Shown here: piece after piece, positions 1 through 9,825 of the stretch
Position numbering within the stretch: position 1 is the stretch's first letter
Layout: every line of letters starts with the position of its first letter
Assembly: GCA_963716725.1 (NCBI GenBank)
Contig: CAVQUB010000013.1
Location: 384,001 to 448,000 of the forward strand
Reading direction: 5' to 3'
Origin: an uncultured delta proteobacterium
GTDB lineage: Bacteria; Myxococcota_A; Polyangia; Polyangiales; Polyangiaceae
Length of the DNA stretch: 64,000 nt
The notes under the pieces: generated by a model
What the model saw: the letters and a program-made list of their open reading frames with translations, nothing else
What the model was told of the DNA's origin: nothing
The model's database searches: none
Made by a program: the position numbers and the translations under genes

Positions 1-90
1 GCACACACGCCCGCAGCGGCATGTGCACGTGCCATTTGTCGGGCAAGCCGGCGTAGGGCCCGAAACGCCCCCGAAAGGGGGCACGTCCGA

Positions 91-666
91 TCAGGGGGCT
101 CGCCGGCCTCGCTCGGCGACCAAGGCGCGCAGAGCTGCCTGATGCTTGCGGCGATTCGAGCCGGCCCCTGGCCCACGGCCGAGCCCGAGCTTCTCGGCAA
201 CGGGACCGATCCGGAGGTGGGTGACGGCGAGCGCGAGCGCGTCGGCGGCGTCGCTCGGCGGCAGGTCCGGAAGCGCGAGCACGGCGCGCACCATCATCGC
301 GACCTGCCGCTTGTCGGCCTGTCCGCGCCCCGCCACCGTGAGCTTCACCCGGGCGGGTGGGTACTCGGCCACCGCCACCGCCGCGCGCGCGAGCGCCAAG
401 AGCACCACACCCCGGGCGTGGCCGAGCTTCGAGGCAGCCTGGGCGTCCTTGTGGAAGAACAGGCTCTCGACGGAGCCAACGTCCGGACTGAAGCGCGCAA
501 TGACCTCCGTGAGTTCGATGTCGATGCGGTGCAATCGGTTCGCGAGAGCGGCCTTGGCGTCCAGTCGGATCACGCCGTGGGCCAGATGGGCGAGGCGCTG
601 TCCCCGCCTTTCGACCACCCCCCAGCCCAGGTTCAAGGTGCCCGGATCGATGCCGAGTGCGATCAC
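91..666 (-). CDS. ruvC: Crossover junction endodeoxyribonuclease RuvC
   Basis: IALGIDPG, VESLFF, KLGHARGV, G.G.ADK.QV..MV and DAADALALA motifs; GTG start at 666 chosen to match the RuvC N-terminus. Confidence 0.95.
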   Translation of the reverse strand: MIALGIDPGTLNLGWGVVERRGQRLAHLAHGVIRLDAKAALANRLHRIDIELTEVIARFSPDVGSVESLFFHKDAQAASKLGHARGVVLLALARAAVAVAEYPPARVKLTVAGRGQADKRQVAMMVRAVLALPDLPPSDAADALALAVTHLRIGPVAEKLGLGRGPGAGSNRRKHQAALRALVAERGRRAP

Positions 667-766
667 CCCACGGTCGTAGCAGGCATCGAGACGGATGGAA
701 AGCAGAGGCCCGAGCGCGGAGTCCCCGTGCGCCAAAGGAGGCGCGCGCCTGCCTACCAAGCGAGGC

Positions 767-1936
767 TCAAGCTCCGCCGCTGGTTGAGATTGGTTCGGGC
801 TCGGTAGTGGCGGGCGAGGCCCACTTGCCCATCGCCTCCGCGTCCAGGCGGTCAGGACCGGGCTCGTCGGCGGCCCGCCGGCGGATCAGCTCGTCCACGC
901 AGGCGAAGAGCATCGAGTTGTCGCAGCGCGCGAAGCGCTCGAGGTTGTTCGAGAGCTCGTCGGTGCGAGCCAAGAATCCCGCTATAACGTCCTGATCGAG
1001 CCGCTCTGCCCACTGGCCGTAGCCCAGGTGCTCGAGGTAGCGCGCGTTGAGCTCTTGCTCGTACTGCTGCTCGATGGGAACCGACAGCATCGGGACATGA
1101 AGGCTGACGGCCTCGCTCATGAGCGAGAACCCGCCTCCGGCGATCACCGCGCGAGCTGTGCGTAGGTCATCGACGAAGCCAGACTCCGAGAACGCGCGCA
1201 GCGTGACGTTACCGTCGGTGCCCTCGCGCCCCATGCCGTAGACCCGAAAACGGTAGGGCAGCTTCTTGAGGGTGGGGATCAGCTCGTCGTTGTTCGCGGC
1301 CGTTTGGTAGACCAGCACGTGGTCCCCAGGTTCGCGTCGGGCGGCGAGGATCTCGGGGCGCAGGATCGGCGGCACCAGCGTGGTCCGCCGCTTCCTGACC
1401 GGCGGGTAGAAGAAGCTCGTCACCAGGTAGTGGTACGCGCCGGGCATCTTGACCTTCACGGCGAGCTTCGCGATGCGAAAGTTCATGCCGCGGGATTTGG
1501 TCACGGACTTCTCTTGCCGACAGCGGTTGATCACCTGCATGTTGTCGATGCTGACCACGGGCAAGAAGTGGTTCAGCGCATAGAACGCAGCCCACGACTC
1601 GAAGTCGCTCACGACGAGCTCCGGAGTGAAGCCGTCTTCGGCGACCTTCCGGTACACCTCGATGTTCTTCTTGATGCCCTTCGGCGCCTTCTTCAAGTTG
1701 TGGAAGAGTGACTCGCTCTTGTCGAGCCGATTGCCAAAGTAGCGCAGGGACAGCCCGTGGATCTCTTCCACGCTGAGCTTCGGCCGCCCCGCCAAGCGTT
1801 CGGTCAAGAACTTGTGCGCGCGTCCCGAGACCACCACCTTGATCTCGTGGCCTTGGCCGAGCAGGTGCTCCAAGACCACGCGGCTGCGCGTAGCGTGTCC
1901 CATGCCCTCGCCGACCACTCCGTAAAGGATCTTCAT
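767..1936 (-). CDS. GT-B glycosyltransferase, MJ1255/VC2487-like family
   Basis: MKILYGVVGEGMGHATRS N-terminus; VVSDFE; GGGFSLMSEA and EQELNA C-terminal nucleotide-sugar-binding motifs. Confidence 0.85.
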   Translation of the reverse strand: MKILYGVVGEGMGHATRSRVVLEHLLGQGHEIKVVVSGRAHKFLTERLAGRPKLSVEEIHGLSLRYFGNRLDKSESLFHNLKKAPKGIKKNIEVYRKVAEDGFTPELVVSDFESWAAFYALNHFLPVVSIDNMQVINRCRQEKSVTKSRGMNFRIAKLAVKVKMPGAYHYLVTSFFYPPVRKRRTTLVPPILRPEILAARREPGDHVLVYQTAANNDELIPTLKKLPYRFRVYGMGREGTDGNVTLRAFSESGFVDDLRTARAVIAGGGFSLMSEAVSLHVPMLSVPIEQQYEQELNARYLEHLGYGQWAERLDQDVIAGFLARTDELSNNLERFARCDNSMLFACVDELIRRRAADEPGPDRLDAEAMGKWASPATTEPEPISTSGGA

Positions 1937-2029
1937 GAACGCCGAGCCTCGTGCGCCTGAGTCGGGGGGTCGAGCGGGGCAAATGTTCACCAGTGGCCGC
2001 GGGGCGGCCGCCGGGATAGAGGCCAGCGC

Positions 2030-2347
2030 GTGATTCCCACCCTCAGCGGCAAACAGCGAAGCTTCCTCCGGGCCCTGGCCCACGATCTGCGGCCCGTGGT
2101 TCAGATCGGCGTCGCCGGAGTCACCCCCGGCGTCCTGGCCGAAATCGCCCGCGCCCTGGAGACTCACGAGCTGATCAAGGTGCGGGTGAGCAAAGAATCC
2201 CCGCTCAGCCCGGACGAGGCCAGAGCGCCCGTCGAGAGCGAGACGAGCTCCCAAGTAGCGCAGGTCATCGGCCGCATGCTGGTCATCTATCGCCGTCGCA
2301 AGAAGGATCCGAAGATCGTGCTGCCGAAAGAAAGCGCCAAGAAGTAG
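2030..2347 (+). CDS. yhbY: CRM-domain RNA-binding protein YhbY
   Basis: LSGKQRSFLRALAHDLRPVVQIG, HELIKVRV and QVIGRMLVIYR motifs. Confidence 0.93.
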   Translation: MIPTLSGKQRSFLRALAHDLRPVVQIGVAGVTPGVLAEIARALETHELIKVRVSKESPLSPDEARAPVESETSSQVAQVIGRMLVIYRRRKKDPKIVLPKESAKK

Positions 2348-2358
2348 ACTGCCTCACC

Positions 2359-2856
2359 ATGCACGGCGGCCGCCCGACTACCTTCAACAACATCCTCGTG
2401 GCCACGGACTACTCGGACACGGGGCAGGACGCGCTCAGCGAAGCCCTCCTGCTCGCCTCGGAGCGCGACACGACGACCATGCACGTGGTCCACGTGGCCA
2501 GCTCGGCCGGCGAAAACGTCGAGATCACGACGGCGGACGGCTCGTTGGTGACCAGCGTTGGGAACGCCGTGACGCAGCTGGAGGCCCACGTCGAGCGGGC
2601 TCGAGTTGCCGCGATCGTGCAGGGCGAGCCCATTGAGAGCGAGCGTGTGAGCGTTCACGTGCGCGTGGGCATCTCCGAAGACGAGATCCTCCGGCTGGCG
2701 GCGGACCTCGCCGCGGATCTGATCGTGCTCGGCACCCATGGCCGCCGGGGGCTTCGAGCCCTGGTGCTCGGCTCGGTGGCGGAAAGCGTCGTCCGGAGAG
2801 CCGAGTGCGCGGTGCTCGTCGTGCGCTCCAAGCAGTACGCTCCCCACGAGGCTTGA
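2359..2856 (+). CDS. Universal stress protein (UspA family)
   Basis: NILVATDYS; ADLIVLGTHGRRGL..LVLGSVAESVVRRAECAVLVV. Confidence 0.93.
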   Translation: MHGGRPTTFNNILVATDYSDTGQDALSEALLLASERDTTTMHVVHVASSAGENVEITTADGSLVTSVGNAVTQLEAHVERARVAAIVQGEPIESERVSVHVRVGISEDEILRLAADLAADLIVLGTHGRRGLRALVLGSVAESVVRRAECAVLVVRSKQYAPHEA

Positions 2857-2858
2857 GC

Positions 2859-3428
2859 ATGGCCGACAAGACGCATCGCGTGCAGAGCCCAGACCACCTG
2901 GTCTGGCTCGACCTGGAGATGACCGGGCTCGACCCCCGAGCAGACGTGATCCTGCAGGCGGCCGTGATCATCACGGACGCCGATCTGAACCCGCTCGAAG
3001 AGCTGAGCATGGACGTGTGGCAGCCGCCTGAAGCGCTGGCAAAGATGGTGCCCTTCGTCCGCGACATGCACGAAAAGACCGGGCTGCTCTCGCGTCTCTC
3101 CGCGTCCAAGACCGATCTTCGCGCGGCCGAGAAGAAGCTGATGGAACGGGTGACGGGCTGGTGCCCCTACGGCGCCGTCTTGTGCGGCAATAGCGTGCAC
3201 AACGACAAGGCGTTCATCGATCGCTGGATGCCCGGACTCGCCGGCTACCTCTCGTACCGACTGGTCGACGTCTCGAGCTTCAAGGTCTTGGCTCGACTCT
3301 GGTACGGCGACGGCGCGGTGTTCGACAAACCGAGCGAAGGCGAGCACGACGCGCTGGTGGACATTCGAAACAGCATCGCCGAGCTCGTGCACTACCGCGC
3401 ACTGATGATGCGCCCCAAAGCGGGCTGA
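2859..3428 (+). CDS. orn: Oligoribonuclease
   Basis: LVWLDLEMTGLDP, MHEKTGL, LCGNSVHND, YRLVDVSS, HDALVDIRNSIAEL (DEDDh exonuclease). Confidence 0.95.
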   Translation: MADKTHRVQSPDHLVWLDLEMTGLDPRADVILQAAVIITDADLNPLEELSMDVWQPPEALAKMVPFVRDMHEKTGLLSRLSASKTDLRAAEKKLMERVTGWCPYGAVLCGNSVHNDKAFIDRWMPGLAGYLSYRLVDVSSFKVLARLWYGDGAVFDKPSEGEHDALVDIRNSIAELVHYRALMMRPKAG

Positions 3429-3432
3429 CCCC

Positions 3433-4857
3433 TCAGCACGCGCGGTGGCCCGGCCCCGGGAAGATCTTGCCCGGGTTGAGCAGGCCGCGGGGATCGAAGA
3501 CGCGTTTGATGTCGCGCTGCAGCTCGATCAGCTCGCCCGACTGCTCCAAATGCAGGTAGGGCGCCTTCAGGACGCCGATCCCGTGCTCCCCGCTGAGCGT
3601 GCCCCGCAGCGCCACCACGTCGCAGAACAACTGCTCGATGGCGCGCTCGACGGCGGGCGCCTCGTCCTGATGATCCCAGAGAAAGTTCACGTGAAGGTTG
3701 CCATCGCCCGCGTGCCCGTAGGTGAGATGTCGCACGCCGAGCCCCTCGCAGCTCTTTGCCACTCGGTCGAGCAGCTCCGGGATTTGTTGGCGGGGCACGA
3801 CGACGTCCTCGCTCAGCTTGAAGCGCGTCAGCTTGCGCACCGCTCGACTCATCTCGCGACGCGCCGCCCAGAGCTTCTCCCGCTGGCCCGCGTCCTGGGC
3901 AACCAGGACTTCGATGGCTCCCTCGCAGGCATTGCCCACCCGTTCGGCCTGCTCCTCGGTCTCGCGGGGCTCACCGTCCACCTCGATCAGGAGCAGCGCG
4001 CCCGCTTGCTCGCGAAACTCGTTCCCGGCGGCGCGCATGGCATCCAGCGTGTGTCCGTCCAAGAGCTCGATGCAGCGCGGCACGAGCCCGGCGCCCGTCA
4101 TGGCCGTGACGGCGACGCTGGCGGCGCGCACGTCGGAGAAGAGCGCGAGCAAGGTCATCACGCTCGGCGGCTTCGGTACCAGGCGCAGGGTGATATCGCC
4201 AAACACCGCCAGGGTTCCCTCGCTGCCGACCAGCAACGCCGTCACGTCGTAGCCGGTCACTCCTTTCACGGTGCGCCTTCCCGGTGTGATGCGCTGCCCG
4301 CCGATCAAGAAGGCCTCGACACCGAGCACGTACTCGCGGGTGACGCCGTATTTGAAAGCTCGCGGGCCGCCGGCGTTCTCCGCGACGTTGCCGCCGAGCG
4401 CGCAGCTCTCGACGCTGTTGGGATCCGGTGGGTAGAAGAGCCCGTCGCGTTCGACGGCTGCGTGCAACTCACCGAGCACCAGGCCGGGTTCGACGACCGC
4501 GATCATTTCTCGCCGATCGATCTCCTTGATCTGGTTCATGCCCAGCGTGCACAAGACGATGCCCCCGGAGCGCGGAACCGCACCTCCGGTGCGACCGGTG
4601 CCGGCGGCGCGCGGCGTGATGGGGACCTCCGCTTCCCGCGCCACGGCCAGGGCCTTCGAGATGTCGCTCTGGGACTCCGCCCGTACGACGGCGAAGGGCA
4701 CCGCCCCCTCGGCCTCGGACTCGTCACGTCCGAAGCCGGCGCAGGCGTCGGGGTCGGTCAGGACCTTCGAGGGGCCCAGCGTGCGCTCGAGGAGCCGCAG
4801 CGCTTTTTCCCGCGCAGCGGCGGAGGGAACTGGCAGCACGGCAGTGGTGGTGCTCAT
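3433..4857 (-). CDS. FAD-linked oxidase, GlcD/D-lactate dehydrogenase family
   Basis: PRAAGTGRTGGAVP, YPPDPNS, GGNVAENAGGPRAFKYGVTREYVLG, GHAGDGNLH, SGEHGIG, LNPGK. Confidence 0.92.
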   Translation of the reverse strand: MSTTTAVLPVPSAAAREKALRLLERTLGPSKVLTDPDACAGFGRDESEAEGAVPFAVVRAESQSDISKALAVAREAEVPITPRAAGTGRTGGAVPRSGGIVLCTLGMNQIKEIDRREMIAVVEPGLVLGELHAAVERDGLFYPPDPNSVESCALGGNVAENAGGPRAFKYGVTREYVLGVEAFLIGGQRITPGRRTVKGVTGYDVTALLVGSEGTLAVFGDITLRLVPKPPSVMTLLALFSDVRAASVAVTAMTGAGLVPRCIELLDGHTLDAMRAAGNEFREQAGALLLIEVDGEPRETEEQAERVGNACEGAIEVLVAQDAGQREKLWAARREMSRAVRKLTRFKLSEDVVVPRQQIPELLDRVAKSCEGLGVRHLTYGHAGDGNLHVNFLWDHQDEAPAVERAIEQLFCDVVALRGTLSGEHGIGVLKAPYLHLEQSGELIELQRDIKRVFDPRGLLNPGKIFPGPGHRAC

Positions 4858-4981
4858 GAAATACAGGATAGCTCGGCTCGGGCCTCTCGATTTCTCGGAC
4901 TTTCTGGCGCTACGCGCGATCACCTTGACGACGGCGGCGCCACGGGTACCTTCTCGGCCTTCCGCAGGCTGACAAGCCACC

Positions 4982-5069
4982 GGAGAGGTGACCGAGTGGC
5001 CGAAGGTACCCGCTTGCTAAGCGGGCGTAGGTCAAAAGCCTACCGAGGGTTCGAATCCCTCCCTCTCCG
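4982..5069 (+). tRNA. tRNA-Ser(GCT), type II long variable arm; CCA not encoded
   Basis: Acceptor stem GGAGAGG/CCTCTCC; anticodon arm CCCGC-TTGCTAA-GCGGG; variable arm GTAGG..CCTAC; T arm GAGGG-TTCGAAT-CCCTC; discriminator G followed by CAA. Confidence 0.96.
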
Positions 5070-5092
5070 CAAACCAACTCGCGTCGGACGCC

Positions 5093-6382
5093 TCAGGTCC
5101 GTTTGCTGAACGGCGACGCGATCATCTCGTCACCGTAGCGTTCGACCAAGGTGTCCGGCGCCGCGTCACGCCCCGCGCTGAGCCACTCGGTGGTCTCGTC
5201 GAGACGCAGGCTCTGTCGAACGCCGAGGTTCCAAAGGAACTTCACGGCCAGGACGGAGTTCTGTTGGAACAGCGGGTACACCGCCTCGCGGGTCAGCGAC
5301 AGCAAGCGGCATGGCTCGATGGTCCTCACCGTAGCCGAACGTGGTCGGTTGGTGAGCAGCGCCATCTCACCGAAGTGACTGCCCGCCACGAGCTCCGCCA
5401 GGCGCTTGCCGCCGCGCTCCACCGAGGCCCGCCCGCTGGCGATGATGTAGAAGCTGGCGCTCGCCTCGCCCTCGCATACCACCGCGGTGTCCGCCGGGAC
5501 CTCTTCCGAACGCAACGCCCCGGCGACCTCGAGCAGCTCCGAGTAGCTGAGCTCCCTCAAGACCTCGATGCCCGCAAGCGCGCGCAGCGCTTGGGTCACG
5601 CGGCTCAGGCGGATGGAATCCTCGGCAGCGGCCGCGGCTTCGGCAGCCACTTCGACGGCGATCACGCTGATGTTGTCTTCTCCGCCGCGCTCGTTCGCCG
5701 CGTCGACCAAGCGGTCGGGGGCGGCGGCAAAGTCCGCGAGAAACGGCACGAGCTCGGCGGATTCGACGAAGTAGCCGTGCAGGCCGTCGCTGCAGAGCAG
5801 GAGTCTGTCGGCCGGCAGCAGGTCGAAGGAGAGCGTATCGACGTCCACGTGGCGATTGGGCCCTACCGCGCGCGACAGCATATTGGTGGGGATGTTCTGG
5901 ATCGCTTCCGCGCGACTCATGCCACGACGCACGGCCTCTGCAATGAAGGTGTGGTCGTTGCTGATCTGATGGATCTGACCGGCTCGCAACAGGTAGAGCC
6001 GACTGTCGCCGACGTGCGCGAGCGCCGCCGTGCCTGCGGCGATCAGCAGGGCTGTGCAGGTGGTGCCTGCTCCCCGCTTCGACGAGTCCTGCTCACCGAT
6101 GGCGTGCACACGAGCGTTGGCCCGGTCGACGCCGTCGCGCAGCAGCTCGGCGAGCCCCGTCGCCCGCCTCTCCGGCTCGAGCTCGTCGATGGCAGACAAG
6201 CCTTCTGCCACGCGCTCGGCGATGGTCGCCACCGCAGCCTGCGACGCGACCTCACCGGCGGCATGGCCGCCCATGCCATCGCAGACGATGAACAGACCGA
6301 GGTCTTCGTCCACAAGGACCGAGTCTTCATTGCCTTGTCGGAGTCGGCCGACGTCCGTCTTCGAAGTTGCAGTGATCCGCAC
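5093..6382 (-). CDS. PP2C-family Ser/Thr phosphatase with C-terminal cyclic-nucleotide-binding domain
   Basis: TDVGRLRQGNED, VCDGMGGHAAGEVAS, AHVGDSRLY, LLCSDGL, GGEDNIS; then FGEMALL...PRSATV cNMP motif. Confidence 0.92.
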   Translation of the reverse strand: MRITATSKTDVGRLRQGNEDSVLVDEDLGLFIVCDGMGGHAAGEVASQAAVATIAERVAEGLSAIDELEPERRATGLAELLRDGVDRANARVHAIGEQDSSKRGAGTTCTALLIAAGTAALAHVGDSRLYLLRAGQIHQISNDHTFIAEAVRRGMSRAEAIQNIPTNMLSRAVGPNRHVDVDTLSFDLLPADRLLLCSDGLHGYFVESAELVPFLADFAAAPDRLVDAANERGGEDNISVIAVEVAAEAAAAAEDSIRLSRVTQALRALAGIEVLRELSYSELLEVAGALRSEEVPADTAVVCEGEASASFYIIASGRASVERGGKRLAELVAGSHFGEMALLTNRPRSATVRTIEPCRLLSLTREAVYPLFQQNSVLAVKFLWNLGVRQSLRLDETTEWLSAGRDAAPDTLVERYGDEMIASPFSKRT

Positions 6383-6465
6383 GCCGCCCACGATATCGGG
6401 GCCCAAGCCGGCCGCAATGATGGAAGTGAGCTTGGCGGAACTGACGCGGCGGGCTAGCATCTTGC

Positions 6466-7125
6466 GTGCGGTTCGAGGCGCGGGTGAGGCACGTGCGGCG
6501 GGGGACCAGGGCGCTGGCGGCGCTGGTGCTGGGCTTCGTTTCGGCGGGTTGCGGCAGCGACGAGGGCGGCGAACCGGGCGCTCAGGGTGGCGGCGGCGGC
6601 CTCGGCTCTTCCTGCCAGCTGCCCTTCCTCGGCGACGCCTCGAAGCCCATCGAGATCAAGGTCACGGCGCGGGGTGCCGATCTGGTCTCGAAAGAAATCT
6701 CCGAGGGCGCCCAGGTCCCGTTGATCCTCCCGCCGCAGGGGGGCCGAGTGATGTTCATCGGCGTCTTGGCCACGAACCTCTCGCCTTGCAGCGTCGAGAT
6801 CAACGGAACGCTCCGCGACCTCGGCTCGAACGAGACCCGGGTCGACGGGCGCAAGACCAACCTGGCGACCACGGGGGACGGCTGGGGGTCGAGCGTCGAC
6901 ACGGACATCTCGACGTTTTCGATGATCCCGACCTGTCCGAACCAATGGGCGTCGACCGATGTGTTCGGTCACACCTTCGAGCTCGAGCTCAGCATCACCG
7001 CGAAGAACGGCCAGATGGCTTCGAAGAAGCTGAACGTCACCCCGGTTTGCGGCGAACCGGCAAACGAGGCCGAGTGCAAGTGCCAGTGCACCATGGGATA
7101 CACGCTCGGGACCACGTGCAGTTGA
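6466..7125 (+). CDS. Hypothetical Cys-containing lipoprotein
   Basis: Hydrophobic signal with lipobox (VSAG-C), Gly linker, coding-like composition; start uncertain. Confidence 0.7.
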   Translation: MRFEARVRHVRRGTRALAALVLGFVSAGCGSDEGGEPGAQGGGGGLGSSCQLPFLGDASKPIEIKVTARGADLVSKEISEGAQVPLILPPQGGRVMFIGVLATNLSPCSVEINGTLRDLGSNETRVDGRKTNLATTGDGWGSSVDTDISTFSMIPTCPNQWASTDVFGHTFELELSITAKNGQMASKKLNVTPVCGEPANEAECKCQCTMGYTLGTTCS

Positions 7126-7144
7126 GGCAACGAGGCAGGTAACG

Positions 7145-8434
7145 ATGACCACTCGATGGACGAAGGCAATGACCCTGGCGCTGGCGGCGACCGTGCTGTC
7201 GGTGGGCGCCTGCGGCGGTGACGACGCGGCCCAGGCAAAGCCCGGGCCGGACGCGGGGACCGACTCCGCTTCGGACGCAGCGAACTGCATCGACACCGGC
7301 CAGCACCCCATGCCGCGCACGGAGGCTTTCTCGGTGTTCGACGCCAAGCGCCAGCGCGTAGTGATCTTCGGCGGCGATCTCGGCGTGCCGGTGCAATGCA
7401 ACCCCGCACCCAAGCCCACCGGCGAACTGTGGCTCTACGACGTCGCCTGCAAGAGCTTCTCGCAAGCCAGCCCGAGCGGCGGACCGGGACCCCGAACGCG
7501 CGGCCTGGCCGTGCACGATCCGGAGGGCGATCGCTTGATCGTGTTCGGCGGTCGCTACCGCGAGGCGTCATCGGGCCCCTACACGGTCTACAACGAAGCT
7601 TGGGCGCTCGATCTCGAGACTCTCGCCTGGCAGCAGATCGCCACCACCGGCACCGCGCCATCGGGGCGCAGTAGCGTGGCCGGCGTGTACAGCCCGGCCA
7701 CGAAGGAGCTCGTCCTCTTCGGGGGCAACGCCAGCACCAGCGGGCTCTCGTTCACGCCGCTCGACGATGTGTGGGCCTTGAATCTCGCCACGGGCGCGTG
7801 GCGTGAAATCGTGGCGACGGGACCAAAGCCGCCCGCGCGGCTGTTTCATTCCGCGGCGCTCGATCCGGCAACAGGTCGGCTTTACGTCTACGCCGGCGGA
7901 GGGGCCGGAGCCTTCCAGGGTCCATTCATGACCGACCTGTGGTCCTTCGACCTCGCCACGAGCACCTGGGCGGAGGAGAGCGCGGGCACGGCCGGGGCCC
8001 CCCTGGGACGCATTCACTCTTCCCTGACCTTCGACTCGAAACAGAATCGACTCGTGGTGTTCGGCGGTCACGACGACGGCGCCGTCGGCAACAACAACGA
8101 CACGTGGTCCTTCGACCCTGCGAGCAAGAAGTGGACGGAGCTGGTGCCCGCCGAGACCGTGAAGACCCCGGCGCCGCAGTTCTGCTTGTTCCCGCCCGAT
8201 TTCACCGTGCCGAACCTGCAAGCGCCGGATCGCCGCTCGGCCCACGCCGCTGTCCTCGATGAAGCGAGCGGTCGCTGGCTCGTCTACGGTGGCAAGACGG
8301 ACTGCGGCAACGTCGATGACGTGTGGTCCTTCGACCTGACCACGAACCAGTGGCAGACCGAGGTGCCGTCGACGGTGGGTGAGGCCTGCGTCCGCGGCAA
8401 GAATGCGGGGCAGTGCAGCACGCTGTGCATTTAG
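7145..8434 (+). CDS. Kelch-repeat beta-propeller lipoprotein
   Basis: Lipobox VGA-C; six repeats of (V/L)FGG...D.W..DL....W. Confidence 0.88.
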   Translation: MTTRWTKAMTLALAATVLSVGACGGDDAAQAKPGPDAGTDSASDAANCIDTGQHPMPRTEAFSVFDAKRQRVVIFGGDLGVPVQCNPAPKPTGELWLYDVACKSFSQASPSGGPGPRTRGLAVHDPEGDRLIVFGGRYREASSGPYTVYNEAWALDLETLAWQQIATTGTAPSGRSSVAGVYSPATKELVLFGGNASTSGLSFTPLDDVWALNLATGAWREIVATGPKPPARLFHSAALDPATGRLYVYAGGGAGAFQGPFMTDLWSFDLATSTWAEESAGTAGAPLGRIHSSLTFDSKQNRLVVFGGHDDGAVGNNNDTWSFDPASKKWTELVPAETVKTPAPQFCLFPPDFTVPNLQAPDRRSAHAAVLDEASGRWLVYGGKTDCGNVDDVWSFDLTTNQWQTEVPSTVGEACVRGKNAGQCSTLCI

Positions 8435-9723
8435 CCTCGGTCTTCGCGATCCTCGTCGCCTCGAGCGTCCTCGCGATCGCGCCGGGCGTCAGCGCTCATG
8501 GCGCATTCCCGGCGGCACGACAGCTCGCCGTCGACCCCAACGACTCGAATCGGATCTTCGCACGCGCCACCTATGGTGTGCTTTCGAGCGACGACCACGG
8601 CCAGAGCTGGCGCTGGGTGTGCACCAAAGCCGCGGGCTACGGATCCACCGAGCAACCCGCGTTGGCAGTGAGCGGGAGCGGTGCGCTGCTGCTCGGCACC
8701 TTCGACGGTCTGTTGACCTCACCGGATCACAGCTGCAGCTGGGCACCGACTCCGTCCCTCGCCCGCACGGTGACAGGACTCGCGGTCGACGCCAAGAACC
8801 CCAAGCGCATTGTGGTGCTGATCTCGACCAGCGCTTCGAAGGGTGGGTTCGACAGCGAGCTGTGGCAGTCGTCGAACGCGGGAGCCAGCTACGACGAAGT
8901 GGCGGGCTCCCTCGATGCGACCACCCTGTTCACGGGCGTCGGCATCGCAGCTTCGGATCCGGCACGGATCTACTTGAGCGGCTTGCAGGGCTCCAAGAAC
9001 GTCGTCTTCACGAGCCACGATTCCGGAACGAGCTGGGAACCTGCCGTGGTTCTCGCGGTCACGCCCGGATCCACGACAGAGATCGTCGGAGTGCATCCCG
9101 AAGACGCCGATCGAGTGTACGTGCGAGCTGGACATGCGAAGACCCAGTCGAGCGAGGGGGCGCTGCTCGTGTCCGACGACGGAGCCAAGACCTTCGGCGA
9201 AGCTCTGAAGCGGCAGGCGCCGCTCTTGGGCTTTGCTCTCTCCCCGGACGGCAGCAGAGTCTTCGTCAGCTATGGCGATCCCCGCGGCGGCGTGAGCCTG
9301 GACGAAGCTGCGCTCGGGCTGTATTCGGCGAAGAGCGACGAGAACGTGTTCAGCCGCGTCTACCCGGGGCCCGTCGCATGTGTCTCATTCGTGGGTCCAG
9401 AGCTCTGGGCCTGCACCAGCCAAGCGGAGCACGGCTTCGAGATCGGGCGGTCCGAGGACGCGGGTGCGAGCTTCGCGCCGGTGATGAAGCTCTCGGGTTT
9501 GAGCGGCCCGCTCGGCTGCCCCGAGGCTTCCAGCGTCGGAACGACGTGCAGCCCGGCCGACTGGGACGACGTCTGCGTCGACACGGGCAAGTGCCACGAT
9601 GCGGCGCCACCGGGTGACCGGGCGGGGTGCGGGTGTCGGAGCGCGTCGGGAACGGGCGGCTCGTGGTTGGGCATCGCGCTGGTGGTCGCGGCGTTGGGTC
9701 GGCATCGGCCGCGTCTGCGCTGA
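8413..9723 (+). CDS. BNR/Asp-box beta-propeller surface protein with MYXO-CTERM-like sorting signal
   Basis: Repeated S.D.G.(S/T)(W/F) Asp boxes; C-terminus GCGCR...WLGIALVVAALGRHRPRLR. Confidence 0.82.
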   Translation: MQHAVHLASVFAILVASSVLAIAPGVSAHGAFPAARQLAVDPNDSNRIFARATYGVLSSDDHGQSWRWVCTKAAGYGSTEQPALAVSGSGALLLGTFDGLLTSPDHSCSWAPTPSLARTVTGLAVDAKNPKRIVVLISTSASKGGFDSELWQSSNAGASYDEVAGSLDATTLFTGVGIAASDPARIYLSGLQGSKNVVFTSHDSGTSWEPAVVLAVTPGSTTEIVGVHPEDADRVYVRAGHAKTQSSEGALLVSDDGAKTFGEALKRQAPLLGFALSPDGSRVFVSYGDPRGGVSLDEAALGLYSAKSDENVFSRVYPGPVACVSFVGPELWACTSQAEHGFEIGRSEDAGASFAPVMKLSGLSGPLGCPEASSVGTTCSPADWDDVCVDTGKCHDAAPPGDRAGCGCRSASGTGGSWLGIALVVAALGRHRPRLR

Positions 9724-9753
9724 GCCAACCGCGCGCGCCAACTCGCGGTTGGC
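9724..9753. terminator. GC-rich hairpin immediately after the BNR gene, probable terminator or pause site
   Basis: Perfect 10-bp inverted repeat GCCAACCGCG...CGCGGTTGGC; no U-tract. Confidence 0.45.
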
Positions 9754-9793
9754 GGGCGCCGATCCGAGCCCGCGAAATCCCGCAGCGCCAGCG

Positions 9794-9810
9794 TTGGTGT
9801 GGTGCTTGCA
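9794..9810 (+). promoter_or_regulatory. Putative sigma54 (-24/-12) promoter for the M23 peptidase gene
   Basis: TTGG-TGTGGTGCTT-GCA: GG-N10-GC spacing with TTGCA at -12, 16 nt before ATG 9826. Confidence 0.4.
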
Positions 9811-9825
9811 CAGTCATTGGCGCTA

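Noticed and set aside
36..95. Hammerhead-ribozyme-like CGAAAC...GTC around the hairpin GCCCCC-GAAA-GGGGGC
   Set aside because: The required CUGANGA core is absent; more simply a terminator-like hairpin just past the ruvC stop
4982..5100. tRNA-Ser as an integration site for an island or prophage
   Set aside because: No integrase and no duplicated tRNA 3' end seen in the window; the convergent PP2C gene follows immediately
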